DNA from: Candidatus Omnitrophota bacterium
GTDB lineage: Bacteria; Omnitrophota; Gorgyraeia; Zapsychrales; Zapsychraceae
Length of the DNA stretch: 64,000 nt
Direction of reading: 5' to 3'
Assembly: GCA_035292445.1 (NCBI GenBank)
Contig: DATDQB010000023.1
Span: 25,533-89,532 of the forward strand
In this document: piece after piece, positions 46,014 through 59,335 of the stretch
How the letters are laid out: the number at the start of each line of letters is the position of its first letter
Numbering within the stretch: the stretch's first letter is position 1
Notes under the pieces: generated by a model
The model's database searches: none
What the model saw: the letters and a program-made list of their open reading frames with translations, nothing else
What the model was told of the DNA's origin: nothing
Translations under genes and position numbers: made by a program

Positions 46014-47510
46014 ATGGTAAAAAAATACATCTTAGCGTTGGACCAGGGCACAACGGGATCGAGGGCTTTTATTTTCGATGGAATGGGGCGTATCGTTACC
46101 AGCCATTACAGGGAATTTAAACAGTATTATCCCAAGCCCGGCTGGGTCGAGCATGACGCGGATGAGATCTGGGCTTCGTGCTGCGAGGTCATCAAAGGCG
46201 CGATCAGTAAGGCGGGGATCGACAAGAAACAGATCGCTGCCGTCGGTATTACCAATCAGCGGGAAACAACCGTTTTATGGGATCGCGCGACATCAAGGCC
46301 TCTCGCCAGGGCCATCGTTTGGCAATGCCGGCGCACTGCCGATATTTGTAGGGGCATAGCGCGCTATGCCCCTACATTCAAACGAAAAACGGGCCTTGTG
46401 CTGGACCCGTATTTCAGCGGGACAAAGATCAAATGGCTCTTGGATAACGTGAAGGGCCTGCGTTCAAGGGCGCGAGAAGGGAAGGTCTGTTTTGGCACCA
46501 TTGACAGTTGGCTTATTTGGAAATTAACCGGCGGTAAGTCTCACGCAACGGATGTCACCAATGCTTCCCGCACGTTGATCTTCAATATACGGAATTTAAA
46601 ATGGGACGATGAATTATTAAGGATTTTGAGTATACCAAAATCAATTTTGCCTAAGGCTCAAAATTCTGGGTCAATTTTTGGATATACTGCCGTAGGGGCG
46701 CAGCATGCTGCGCCCCTACCGTCTGGTATTCCAATTGCCGCCGTGTTAGGCGACCAACAAGCGGCATTATACGGACAAGGCTGTTATGCGCCAGGAAGCG
46801 TTAAGAATACTTATGGCACGGGATGTTTTATCATGCTCAATACGGGAAGAAAATTGATCTATTCAAAGAAGGGCTTGTTGACAACGCTCGCCAGCGACGA
46901 TCAAGGGAGGCCCGTTTACGCCTTGGAGGGCGCCATTTTTATCGCCGGCGCGGCGGTCCAATGGCTGCGCGATGAATTGAAAACGATTAAAACATCTGCC
47001 GAATCCGATAAAGCCATCAAGGGCCTTAAGGACACTAACGGAGTTTATTTTGTGCCGGCATTTACGGGCCTTGGCGCGCCTTATTGGGACGCACATGCCC
47101 GGGGGCTTATTACCGGTTTGACGCGAGGCGCGAACCGACAGCACATTATCCGGGCGGCATTGGAGGCGATCGCGTATCAGGTCAAAGATGTTTTTGACAT
47201 CATGAAGAAAGAATCCGGTCGGGCTATCCCCGAATTAAAAGTTGATGGCGGCGCTTGCCGCAGCGACTTTTTAATGCAGTTTCAGGCCGACCTTCTCAAT
47301 TGCCGCATCGTGCGGCCCAGGGTCATTGAGTCGACGGCGCAAGGGGCGGCGCATTTGGCCGGGGTGACGGTAGGGTTGTGGCGAGGCAAAAAAGATTTAA
47401 AAGCCCTCCAAAAGAAAGATCGCGTTTTCATCCCGCGAATGAAAGTCCGTAAGCGTGAAGAGTTGTATGCGGGCTGGCAAAGAGCCGTTACCCAGGCAAG
47501 AACGACATGA
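46014..47510 (+). CDS. glpK: Glycerol kinase
   Basis: FGGY kinase N-terminus YILALDQGTTGSRA and conserved C-terminal domain. Confidence 0.9.
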   Translation: MVKKYILALDQGTTGSRAFIFDGMGRIVTSHYREFKQYYPKPGWVEHDADEIWASCCEVIKGAISKAGIDKKQIAAVGITNQRETTVLWDRATSRPLARAIVWQCRRTADICRGIARYAPTFKRKTGLVLDPYFSGTKIKWLLDNVKGLRSRAREGKVCFGTIDSWLIWKLTGGKSHATDVTNASRTLIFNIRNLKWDDELLRILSIPKSILPKAQNSGSIFGYTAVGAQHAAPLPSGIPIAAVLGDQQAALYGQGCYAPGSVKNTYGTGCFIMLNTGRKLIYSKKGLLTTLASDDQGRPVYALEGAIFIAGAAVQWLRDELKTIKTSAESDKAIKGLKDTNGVYFVPAFTGLGAPYWDAHARGLITGLTRGANRQHIIRAALEAIAYQVKDVFDIMKKESGRAIPELKVDGGACRSDFLMQFQADLLNCRIVRPRVIESTAQGAAHLAGVTVGLWRGKKDLKALQKKDRVFIPRMKVRKREELYAGWQRAVTQARTT

Positions 47511-49012
47511 AGCGTGATATCAAGAAATGCACTGAGGGCATTTTTGATCTTTTGGTCATTGGCGGCGGGATCAACGGCGCTGCCATCGCTCACATGGCGG
47601 CGTTGAATGGCCTTAAAACGTGCCTTTTAGAAAAGGATGATTTTGCCGGCGGAACCTCCAGCAAATCGACAAAGATCGTTCACGGCGGGTTACGGTACCT
47701 GGAGAATTTTGAGTTCGGCCTTGTGCGCGAAGCCCTCCGCGAACGCACGGTCCAGATAAAGAACGCCTCCCACCTTGTAAAACCATTGGGTTTTATCATT
47801 CCCGTCTATAAAACAGACAGCCGGCCGTTATGGCTGATGAAGTTGGGCGTCTTGTTGTATGATCTTTTAAGCGGGAAATATTTGATCCACAAAAGGCGAA
47901 GCCTCACATCTGCCGAGATAGAGCATTTGGTGCCGGGGATAAAAAAGGAAGGATTGGTCGGCGGCATACTTTATTACGACGGGCAAATGGACGATGCGCG
48001 CTTGGTTTTGGAAAATGTCCTAAGCGCCGATGAGAAGGGGGCGCGTGTCGCTAATTATGTTGAGGTCAAGTCTTTGCTCAAACAGCTGGGGAAAACGGTG
48101 GGGGTCGAGGCCTATGACAAGATCCATCAAAGGCCCTTTCAGGTCAGGGCTAAAAAAATTGTTTGTGCTGTTGGCGCATGGACGGATCTGTTCTTGGATA
48201 AGGAGCATGCCCAGATGCCTCAAAAGGTGCGCGCCACCAAAGGCGCCCATATCGTCTATCGCGGGCAGGTCTGTGACCACGCGCTTTTGGTGCCGACAGC
48301 ATCGGAGCGAAGGGTTTTCTTTGTCATTCCCTGGCACGGAAACTCATTGATCGGGACAACAGACACCGATTTCGGCGGCAACCCGGATCAGGTCACTGCC
48401 GAAGACGACGATATCGCGTATTTGTTCAAAGAAGCCTCCCGCGTATTTCCCGATGTTGATTTCAAGAAGGAGGATATCATAACGACCTTCGCCGGCCTTC
48501 GGCCGCTGGCTTTCAGGGAAGGCGCGCCATCGTCCATATCCAGAAGGCATCAAATCGAAGAATCGTATTCAGGCGTTGTGTATGTTTACGGCGGGAAATA
48601 CACGACCTATCGAAAGATCGCGGAAGATGTCTTAAAGCACGTTACTAAAAAAGACCTTGTTGATACAAGCCAACATTTTCCTCTTTATGGAAGCGGCGAA
48701 ATATCCCAAACAGCTTCCGATGTCGCCCAGCAGGCCGGCCTTGACGAAGGGGTAATTGAAAATTTGTTTAATATGTACGGCATCCGTTATCAGGACGTCT
48801 TAAAGCTTGTTGAAGAAGATCCAGATCTGAAAGAGCCGGTTGCCTCGCACTCGAAGTTTATCAAAGCCCAGATCGTTTACGCCATTGAAACGGAAATGGC
48901 GCAGACGGAGGATGATATTTTGTCTCGACGGCTGGGCTTGATTTACGAGGACATTGACACCAAGCCATGCAAAGACGCTGTTAATGAATTTTTGATAAAA
49001 GCACATTCTTAA
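47507..49012 (+). CDS. glpD: FAD-dependent glycerol-3-phosphate dehydrogenase (GlpD/GlpA-like)
   Basis: Dinucleotide-binding motif LLVIGGGINGAAIA, DAO-family fold. 4-nt overlap with glpK. Confidence 0.8.
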   Translation: MKRDIKKCTEGIFDLLVIGGGINGAAIAHMAALNGLKTCLLEKDDFAGGTSSKSTKIVHGGLRYLENFEFGLVREALRERTVQIKNASHLVKPLGFIIPVYKTDSRPLWLMKLGVLLYDLLSGKYLIHKRRSLTSAEIEHLVPGIKKEGLVGGILYYDGQMDDARLVLENVLSADEKGARVANYVEVKSLLKQLGKTVGVEAYDKIHQRPFQVRAKKIVCAVGAWTDLFLDKEHAQMPQKVRATKGAHIVYRGQVCDHALLVPTASERRVFFVIPWHGNSLIGTTDTDFGGNPDQVTAEDDDIAYLFKEASRVFPDVDFKKEDIITTFAGLRPLAFREGAPSSISRRHQIEESYSGVVYVYGGKYTTYRKIAEDVLKHVTKKDLVDTSQHFPLYGSGEISQTASDVAQQAGLDEGVIENLFNMYGIRYQDVLKLVEEDPDLKEPVASHSKFIKAQIVYAIETEMAQTEDDILSRRLGLIYEDIDTKPCKDAVNEFLIKAHS

Positions 49013-49027
49013 ACAAAGGAGTTCGTC

Positions 49028-50488
49028 ATGAAATTCGCCATCCCGAAATTATGTTTAATGTTTGTTCTCACCGCACAGCTTTGTTTGGCGCAGGAAGTCC
49101 AAAAGAGCACCATCGATGATCAGAAAAATGTCGAGGTAACGGTTTATAACAGCGACATCGGCCTGGTCAAAGATACCCGGCGGATCAATCTGAGGCAGGG
49201 AGAAGGAGAGTTGCGGTTCATGGACGTGGCAGCGTATATCAATCCCGTAACGGTCCATATCAAGTCGCTCAATAATCCAAAATCATTCATGGTGCTGGAG
49301 CAAAATTACGAATACGATCTCATGGATGCCAATAAATTGCTGGATAAATACGTCGGGCAAAAGGTCAAGCTGTTGACGTACAATGAATATCAGGATAAAA
49401 AAGAAGAGATCGAGGCGGAGTTGCTAAGCAACAATAACGGGCAGATCTTTAAGATCGGCAACGAAATCCACTTGGGCCATCCCGGGTTTAAAATCCTGCC
49501 AAAAATCCCGGAAAATTTGATCGCTAAGCCAACACTTTCTTGGCAGTACGACAATTCAGGCGCGAAGGAACACGAAGTGGAGGTTTCTTATTTGACCAAT
49601 TACATTAACTGGAAAGCCGATTATATCGTCGTCCTGAACCAAGACGACACCAAGGCCGATCTGTCGGGATGGGTGAGCCTGGATAATCGAAGCGGGACAA
49701 TGTATAACAATGCCAAATTAAAACTTGTCGCCGGCGAGATTAATCGTGTTTATGATGCCGTGGGCGGTTTAAGAAGCGATATGGTCGCTAAATCAGCTAT
49801 GGCTATGGAATCCGCGCCCCAATTCGTTGAGCAGGGATTTTTCGAGTACCATATTTATGATCTCCAGCGGCGTACAACGATAAAAAACAATCAAACCAAG
49901 CAGATCAATTTATTGGAAGCCGCAGACATTAAAACTGAAAAAGAGCTTTTGGTCCATGGGCAGAATTATTATTTTATTGGCCAGTATGCCGGCCAAGAGC
50001 TCAAAGACCCGGTTGAAGTTTTTGTTAAATTTAAGAATGAGAAGGAGAATAATCTGGGCATGCCACTTCCGGCCGGTACCATGCGGCTTTATAAGAAAGA
50101 CCAGGAAGACAGCCTTCAGTTCATCGGGGAGGACCGCATCGAGCATACGCCCAAAGATGAAGAGGTTGAATTAAAGATCGGCAAGGCCTTTGATGTGGTT
50201 GAAGAGCGCAAGCAATCCGCCTTTCAAAGTGAATATCTAGGTGGTGATTATGTCTATGAATCGGAGTGGGAGATCACGTTACGAAACCACAAAGAAGAAG
50301 ACGTGGTGGTAGGCATTATCGAGCCCATGGCGTATGCCAACTGGCAGATATTAACGGCAACGCATCCTTATGAGAAAAAAGACGCTTTCACCGTCCAGTT
50401 TACGGTACCTGTTCCCAAAGACAAGGAAGTAAAGCTCATCTACCGTATAGAGGTCAGCAGCTCCAAATCCCGGTTATCAAAGCAATAA
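49028..50488 (+). CDS. Secreted DUF4139/DUF4140-like protein
   Basis: Signal peptide. Family assignment by resemblance from memory; low certainty. Confidence 0.4.
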   Translation: MKFAIPKLCLMFVLTAQLCLAQEVQKSTIDDQKNVEVTVYNSDIGLVKDTRRINLRQGEGELRFMDVAAYINPVTVHIKSLNNPKSFMVLEQNYEYDLMDANKLLDKYVGQKVKLLTYNEYQDKKEEIEAELLSNNNGQIFKIGNEIHLGHPGFKILPKIPENLIAKPTLSWQYDNSGAKEHEVEVSYLTNYINWKADYIVVLNQDDTKADLSGWVSLDNRSGTMYNNAKLKLVAGEINRVYDAVGGLRSDMVAKSAMAMESAPQFVEQGFFEYHIYDLQRRTTIKNNQTKQINLLEAADIKTEKELLVHGQNYYFIGQYAGQELKDPVEVFVKFKNEKENNLGMPLPAGTMRLYKKDQEDSLQFIGEDRIEHTPKDEEVELKIGKAFDVVEERKQSAFQSEYLGGDYVYESEWEITLRNHKEEDVVVGIIEPMAYANWQILTATHPYEKKDAFTVQFTVPVPKDKEVKLIYRIEVSSSKSRLSKQ

Positions 50489-50527
50489 AATAGGCCATTA
50501 AGCCGTTATGTTAGCCCAAAATTCAAG

Positions 50528-50555
50528 TTGACAAAAGTGGCCGAAATGATATATT
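50528..50555 (+). promoter_or_regulatory. Putative sigma-70 promoter TTGACA-16-TATATT upstream of carA
   Basis: TTGACA 50528-50533, TATATT 50550-50555. Confidence 0.45.
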
Positions 50556-50621
50556 GTTCCAGGCTATTGAAGTTGATAGTCCTACCTTGATATCCTACTT
50601 ATACAAATATTATAAGACTAC

Positions 50622-51725
50622 ATGAGTAAAGCCATACTTTTTCTGGAAGACGGCACGCATTTTATTGGCGAGTCGCTATCCGCACAGGGAGAAACTGCGG
50701 GCGAAATCGTCTTTAATACGGCGATGACGGGCTATCAAGAGGTTTTGACAGACCCATCCTACGCCGGCCAGATCGTTTGCATGACGTACCCACTCATCGG
50801 CAACTACGGCATCAACGATGAAGACGGCGAATCCAAAAAAATTCATCTCAAAGGTTTTGTCGTTAAGGAATTCTGCCGCGTCCATTCCAATTACCGGGCC
50901 ACCCAAAGCCTGATCGATTATTTGGATAAGAATAAGATCATCGCCATTGAAGGCATTGACACCCGCGCGCTCACGCGCCACCTTCGTATGGCCGGCGCCA
51001 TGAAAGCGCTCATTTCCACGACCGATTTTGACTTAGCAAGCCTCAAGAAAAAGATCGCTAAAATCCCTTCCATGGAAGGAAGCGATTGGGTCAAAAAGGT
51101 CACGACCAAAAAGAAATATATTTGGCAGGAAAAGGACGCGCCCAAACCGCGGTTTAAGGTGGCGGCCATCGATTGCGGGATCAAATTCAACATTTTGCGC
51201 ATTTTAACGCGGCTGGGCTGCGAAGTTCACGTGTTCCCGGCCGATGCGACGCCCAAAGAAATAATGGCCATCAAACCCGACGGGCTTTTTATCTCCAACG
51301 GCCCCGGCGACCCCGCCGCGATCACCTACACCATTGAAACGGTCAGAAAATTGTTCGGAAAATTGCCCGTCTTCGGGATCTGCTTGGGGCATCAGATCGT
51401 GGGGCTTGCTTTGGGAGGGCAGACGTATAAATTAAAATTCGGCCATCACGGGGCGAACCACCCGGTCAAAGACCTATTGGATAACCGCATCGGCATTACC
51501 TCACAGAATCACGGGTTTTGCGTGGACATAAAGACGCTTAAACCCAAAGAGGTCGAGATGATCGACATCAATTTGAACGACCAAACACTTGAAGGCATAC
51601 GCCATAAACAGATGCCGATTTTATCGTTCCAGCATCATCCGGAAGCAGCACCAGGCCCGCATGATGCGCAGTATCTGTTCGGATATTTTATAAAGATGAT
51701 GGAAAAAAATAGTAAGAAAAAATGA
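50622..51725 (+). CDS. carA: Carbamoyl-phosphate synthase small (glutaminase) subunit
   Basis: CPSase small N-domain plus GATase1 (GICLGHQ). Confidence 0.9.
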   Translation: MSKAILFLEDGTHFIGESLSAQGETAGEIVFNTAMTGYQEVLTDPSYAGQIVCMTYPLIGNYGINDEDGESKKIHLKGFVVKEFCRVHSNYRATQSLIDYLDKNKIIAIEGIDTRALTRHLRMAGAMKALISTTDFDLASLKKKIAKIPSMEGSDWVKKVTTKKKYIWQEKDAPKPRFKVAAIDCGIKFNILRILTRLGCEVHVFPADATPKEIMAIKPDGLFISNGPGDPAAITYTIETVRKLFGKLPVFGICLGHQIVGLALGGQTYKLKFGHHGANHPVKDLLDNRIGITSQNHGFCVDIKTLKPKEVEMIDINLNDQTLEGIRHKQMPILSFQHHPEAAPGPHDAQYLFGYFIKMMEKNSKKK

Positions 51726-51728
51726 ATG

Positions 51729-51787
51729 TGGTTACCTGTTACCAGTAACCAGTTTCCGGTAACGGGAAACGGGCAACTGGTAACCCG
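51729..51787. repeat. Eight tandem heptamer repeats (TGGTTAC CTGTTAC CAGTAAC CAGTTTC CGGTAAC GGGAAAC GGGCAAC TGGTAAC) forming a long imperfect palindrome between carA and carB
   Basis: Strict 7-nt periodicity read directly. The outer arms GGTTACC...GGTAACC are mutually complementary. Confidence 0.5.
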
Positions 51788-51808
51788 AAGTAATATTTAA
51801 GACGCGAA

Positions 51809-55092
<3,284 letters not shown>

Positions 55093-55108
<16 letters not shown>

Positions 55109-56469
55109 GGATATCCCACCATAAAGATGCGGCCAAAATTGCGTACATGGGCCTTTACGCCCTTCAGCACCGCGGGGAGGAGGCCGCCGGCATCGCCTCC
55201 TTTGACGGCAAGCATTTTCACATCGTCAAGAATCCGGGGTTGGTGGCGGATGCTTTCGATGAAAGATCCCTGCGGGGGTTAAAAGGGGAAACGGCGATTG
55301 GCCATTGCCGGTATTCAACGACCGGCTCATCGACGGCAAAGAACGTGCAGCCCTTTATGGTGCAGCATCGCGGTAAGCCGATCGCTATCGCGCATAACGG
55401 GAATTTGACGAACACGGCGGAATTGTATAAAAAACTCGAGGAAAGCGGGTCTATTTTTCAGACCACGATGGACTCCGAGCTCATCGTCCATTTGCTGGCG
55501 CACACGAAAAACGGTGATGTGAAAGAGTGGTTCATGCGCGTTTTGCCTCAATTAAAGGGAGCGTTCTCATTGGTCTTTTTGTGGGGCGATATGATCATCG
55601 GCGCCCGCGACCCGCATGGATTCAGGCCCCTTTGTCTGGGGGAGTTTGAGGGAAGTTATATTTTGGCCAGTGAAAGCTGCGCGCTGGATCTGATCCGCGC
55701 CCAGTTCATCCGGGAGATCGAGCCCGGCGAGGTTGTTTTTATTAATGGCAATAAAATAGAGTCGGCCTTTTTGCCCGAGGCCAAAATGACCAAGCGTTGT
55801 TCGTGCATCTTTGAAAACATTTATTTTGCCCGGCCTGACAGTAACATTTTTGATGATAACGTGTATCAAGTGAGAAAACGCTTGGGCGCGCAATTGGCCA
55901 AAGAACATCCGGTCAAGGACGCGGATTTTGTCATGTCGATCCCTGACTCCGGAAATTATGCGGCGATCGGTTATGCGGAAGAACTTAGGTTGCCCTACGA
56001 AGTCGGCATTATCCGCAATCACTATATCGGGCGCACGTTCATTCAGCCGACCCAGCTGTTGCGCGATCTGCGCGTTAAGATCAAGCTTAATCCGATCAAA
56101 AGCGTACTCGATGGTAAAAAAATCGTTGTCGTCGAAGATTCGATCGTGCGGGGGACCACATCAAGGGGACGCGTGGACGCGCTACGGCGCGTCGGTGCTA
56201 AGGAGATCCATATGCGCATCAGCTGTCCGCCGATCAAATCGCCGTGTTTTTACGGGATCGATTTTCCCAGCAAGCGCGAGCTCATCGCATCGACCAAGTC
56301 GGTGGAGGAGATCGCTGATTTTATCAAGGTGGATTCGCTTAAGTATTTGAGTATGGAAGGCATGTTATCGGTCATGAAACAGCCGAACAATTTTTGTCAT
56401 GCGTGTTTCTCGGGCAAGTACCCGACGCAAATACCAACGAAGAAAAGCAAATATTTATTAGAAGTATAA
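55093..56469 (+). CDS. purF: Amidophosphoribosyltransferase
   Basis: N-terminal MCGIIGI (Ntn Cys1) and PRTase motif [12 protein letters not shown]. Overlaps the carB end by 16 nt. Confidence 0.9.
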
Positions 56470-56473
56470 ATCC

Positions 56474-58087
56474 ATGGGCAAATTTATTTTTATAACCGGA
56501 GGCGTTGTTTCAAGCTTGGGCAAAGGCATTGCCGCCGCCTCTATCGGCAAATTGCTGGAGGCGCGCGGGCTTAAAACAACGATCATCAAGTGCGACCCGT
56601 ATCTTAACGTCGATCCGGGGACGATGAACCCTTATCAGCACGGGGAAGTCTATGTGACCGATGACGGGGCGGAAACGGATCTGGACCTGGGTCATTATGA
56701 ACGCTTCACCAACGCCCTTATCACCAAAGACAGTAATATAACGACGGGAAAGATCTATTATACGGTCATCACCAAAGAACGTCGCGGTGATTATCTGGGC
56801 AAGACCGTCCAGATCATCCCGCACATCACCGATGAGATCAAACGCAGCATCCGAAAAGTTTCCAAAGACCAGGATGTGGATGTCACGATCGTTGAGATCG
56901 GGGGCACGGTTGGGGATATCGAAAGCTTGCCGTTTTTGGAGGCCATTCGCCAGCTTCGTTGGGAGTTGGGCGAAGGGTACGGCGTTAATATCCACGTCAC
57001 CCTTTTGCCTTATATCCGTTCCGCCGGCGAACAAAAAACCAAACCGACCCAACATAGCGTGGGGCGCCTTCGGGAGATCGGTATCACACCGGATATTTTG
57101 ATGTGCCGTACCGAGCGTAAGATCACCAAGGACCAAAGAGAGAAGATCGCTCTTTTTTGTAACGTCGAGCCCGAGGCCGTTATCGAGGCGATCGACGTCC
57201 GGCATATCTATGAAGTGCCGCTCGCGTTGAAAAAAGAAGGATTGGACGACTTGATTTTGCGCAAGCTGCATCTGAAGCGGGAATCCAAAGATCTGAAAGA
57301 CTGGAAAAATCTGGTCATTAAATGCCTAAAACACCCCGAGCAGGAAGTTGATGTTTGTGTCGTCGGAAAGTACATTTCCCTTCCGGATGCCTATAAATCC
57401 ATTTATGAAGCGCTGGTCCACGGCGGCATTGCCAATAACGCGAGAGTTAACATTATAAAAATCGACGCCGAAAAGGTTGATAAGCGCACCATCGAAGGCA
57501 AACTAAAGAATGCACACGGCATCCTTGTCCCCGGTGGATTCGGCGATCGCGGGATCGAAGGCAAGATCAAGGCCGTCCAGTTCGCCCGCGAGAATAAGAT
57601 CCCTTATTTTGGGATTTGCCTGGGGATGCAGGTGGCTTGTATCGAATTTGCCAGGGATGTTTGTGATATGAAAGGCGCGGATTCGACGGAATTTGACAAG
57701 GATACCAAATATCCGGTCATTTCTTTGTTGGAGGAGCAGCGGGACATCAAAGAGCTGGGGGCAACGATGCGCCTGGGCGCCTATGGGTGCAAAATTAACA
57801 AGACTTCCCTAAGCTACAAGGCATATAAAAAGGAACAGATCTCTGAGCGGCACCGCCATCGTTATGAATTTAATAATAACTACCGGGAGGCTTTTGAAAA
57901 AGCGGGAATGGTTTTTACCGGCATTAATCCGCAGCAAGATTTGGTAGAAATTATCGAGCTGAAAGATCATCCCTGGTTTGTGGCCGGCCAATTCCATCCG
58001 GAATTCCAGTCCAAGCCGGATCGCGCCCATCCGTTGTTCAGAGATTTCGTTAAAGCGGCGTTAATTTATAAGAAGGAAAAGAAGTAG
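56474..58087 (+). CDS. pyrG: CTP synthase
   Basis: N-terminal synthetase domain [18 protein letters not shown] and C-terminal GATase1 (GICLGMQ). Confidence 0.9.
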   Translation: MGKFIFITGGVVSSLGKGIAAASIGKLLEARGLKTTIIKCDPYLNVDPGTMNPYQHGEVYVTDDGAETDLDLGHYERFTNALITKDSNITTGKIYYTVITKERRGDYLGKTVQIIPHITDEIKRSIRKVSKDQDVDVTIVEIGGTVGDIESLPFLEAIRQLRWELGEGYGVNIHVTLLPYIRSAGEQKTKPTQHSVGRLREIGITPDILMCRTERKITKDQREKIALFCNVEPEAVIEAIDVRHIYEVPLALKKEGLDDLILRKLHLKRESKDLKDWKNLVIKCLKHPEQEVDVCVVGKYISLPDAYKSIYEALVHGGIANNARVNIIKIDAEKVDKRTIEGKLKNAHGILVPGGFGDRGIEGKIKAVQFARENKIPYFGICLGMQVACIEFARDVCDMKGADSTEFDKDTKYPVISLLEEQRDIKELGATMRLGAYGCKINKTSLSYKAYKKEQISERHRHRYEFNNNYREAFEKAGMVFTGINPQQDLVEIIELKDHPWFVAGQFHPEFQSKPDRAHPLFRDFVKAALIYKKEKK

Positions 58088-58100
58088 GTTTGAGGTAGAT

Positions 58101-58500
58101 TTGCGTGGGTGGCGGAATTGGTATACGCGCACGTTTGAGGGGCGTGTGGGGCAACCCGTGAGAGTTCAATTCTCTCCCCACGCACTAATTTCGATGGTTC
58201 CCCCGTTTTTTCTAAATGAATATTTTAATAAGGTAAACGGGGCCCCGCCTACAATAATATTTTTAGGAAACGGCGGGGAAGTCCACTCCCGCGCATAAAC
58301 TTGGGAGTTCTCCCGACGCTCACTTACGTTCGGTCGGGACCCCGACTGAGCATAAGCGAACGTCGGGGAATTCTCTCCCCGCGCATTCTGCTTCGCCCCG
58401 ATGCTTTCGCTCGGGGCTTCGCAGGAATAAATTTCAGCGAAGCAGAATGTTCCTACGAAGCTCAAAGCGGAAGCATTTGAGCGGAGTAGAACATTTAAGG
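58101..58500. repeat. Highly structured, repeat-rich spacer between pyrG and rpe: dispersed copies of AATTCTCTCCCC(A/G)CGCA in both orientations plus nested long hairpins
   Basis: Inverted pair 58102-58120 / 58167-58185. Direct copies at 58270-58294 and 58365-58387. 14-bp stem GCATTCTGCTTCGC (58383-58396) / GCGAAGCAGAATGT (58436-58449) enclosing an inner GCCCCGA/TCGGGGC hairpin. A GCTCAAA/TTTGAGC hairpin lies at 58460-58482. Confidence 0.4.
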
Positions 58501-58510
58501 AAAAATAATA

Positions 58511-59215
58511 ATGTCCAAATCGATAAAAGTCGCCGCCAGCATTCTCTGCGCCGATTTTACCAAACTCGGTGATGAGATTAAAAAATGCGAAGATGCCGGC
58601 GTTGATATGCTCCACATTGATGTGATGGACGGCAATTTCGTCCCCAATATCAGTATCGGTCAGGTGATCCTGGAGGCGATCCGCCCTATCACGAAACTTC
58701 CCATCGAAACGCACTTGATGATCGAGCATCCATGGTTTTATATCGATGAATTCTGCGATAAGGGGGCGGACATTGTTTCTATTCATGCCGAGTGCTATGG
58801 CCCAAGAAGAATGGGAAAAGAGCAACTGGAGTTTCCCAAAGAAGTTGACACAATCGATGCCCAGCGCGCCCGCAAAGACATTTTGCGCATCAAGAAAAAA
58901 GGGAAAAAAGCGTTCATGACGATCAATCCAGGCACACCCCCCTGCCTGGACGGCGTGCTCAAAGACTTGGATGGCGTTTTGGTGATGTCGGTCAATCCCG
59001 GTTTTGCCAAACAGGCCTTTAACCCCATCGCCCTATCCAAGATCGAACAATTAAGAAAATCTTTTAAAGGGGATATCGCCATCGATGGGGGCGTCAATGA
59101 TAAGACAGCCCCCGGTTGCGTCAAAGCCGGGGCCAATATCCTCGCCACCGCCAGCTATTTCTTCAATTCTCCTAACCCCAAAAGGGCTGTTCAATTTCTC
59201 AAAAGCCTCGCCTGA
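58511..59215 (+). CDS. rpe: Ribulose-phosphate 3-epimerase
   Basis: MSKSIKVAASILCADFTKLGDEI...HIDVMDGNFVPN signature. Confidence 0.85.
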   Translation: MSKSIKVAASILCADFTKLGDEIKKCEDAGVDMLHIDVMDGNFVPNISIGQVILEAIRPITKLPIETHLMIEHPWFYIDEFCDKGADIVSIHAECYGPRRMGKEQLEFPKEVDTIDAQRARKDILRIKKKGKKAFMTINPGTPPCLDGVLKDLDGVLVMSVNPGFAKQAFNPIALSKIEQLRKSFKGDIAIDGGVNDKTAPGCVKAGANILATASYFFNSPNPKRAVQFLKSLA

Positions 59216-59335
59216 TTTTTAGTTATAAATATTAATAAAAAATACTCTTTATTGCCCAAGAAATACCTACATGTTATATTTAAATAAAGTTGTCCCGGCT
59301 TGAGCAAGCCATTGGGACAGCATCCATTTTCCATC

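Noticed and set aside
56510-57271. 253-aa minus-strand ORF inside pyrG
   Set aside because: Antisense shadow of a highly conserved CTP synthase coding region.
58101-58500. Possible RNase P RNA, 6S RNA or CRISPR array in the pyrG-rpe spacer
   Set aside because: No GGAAAGUCCGG/ACAGAACCCGGCUUA RNase P cores. The repeats are irregularly spaced and oriented both ways, so it is not a CRISPR array. Kept only as an unexplained structured repeat region.
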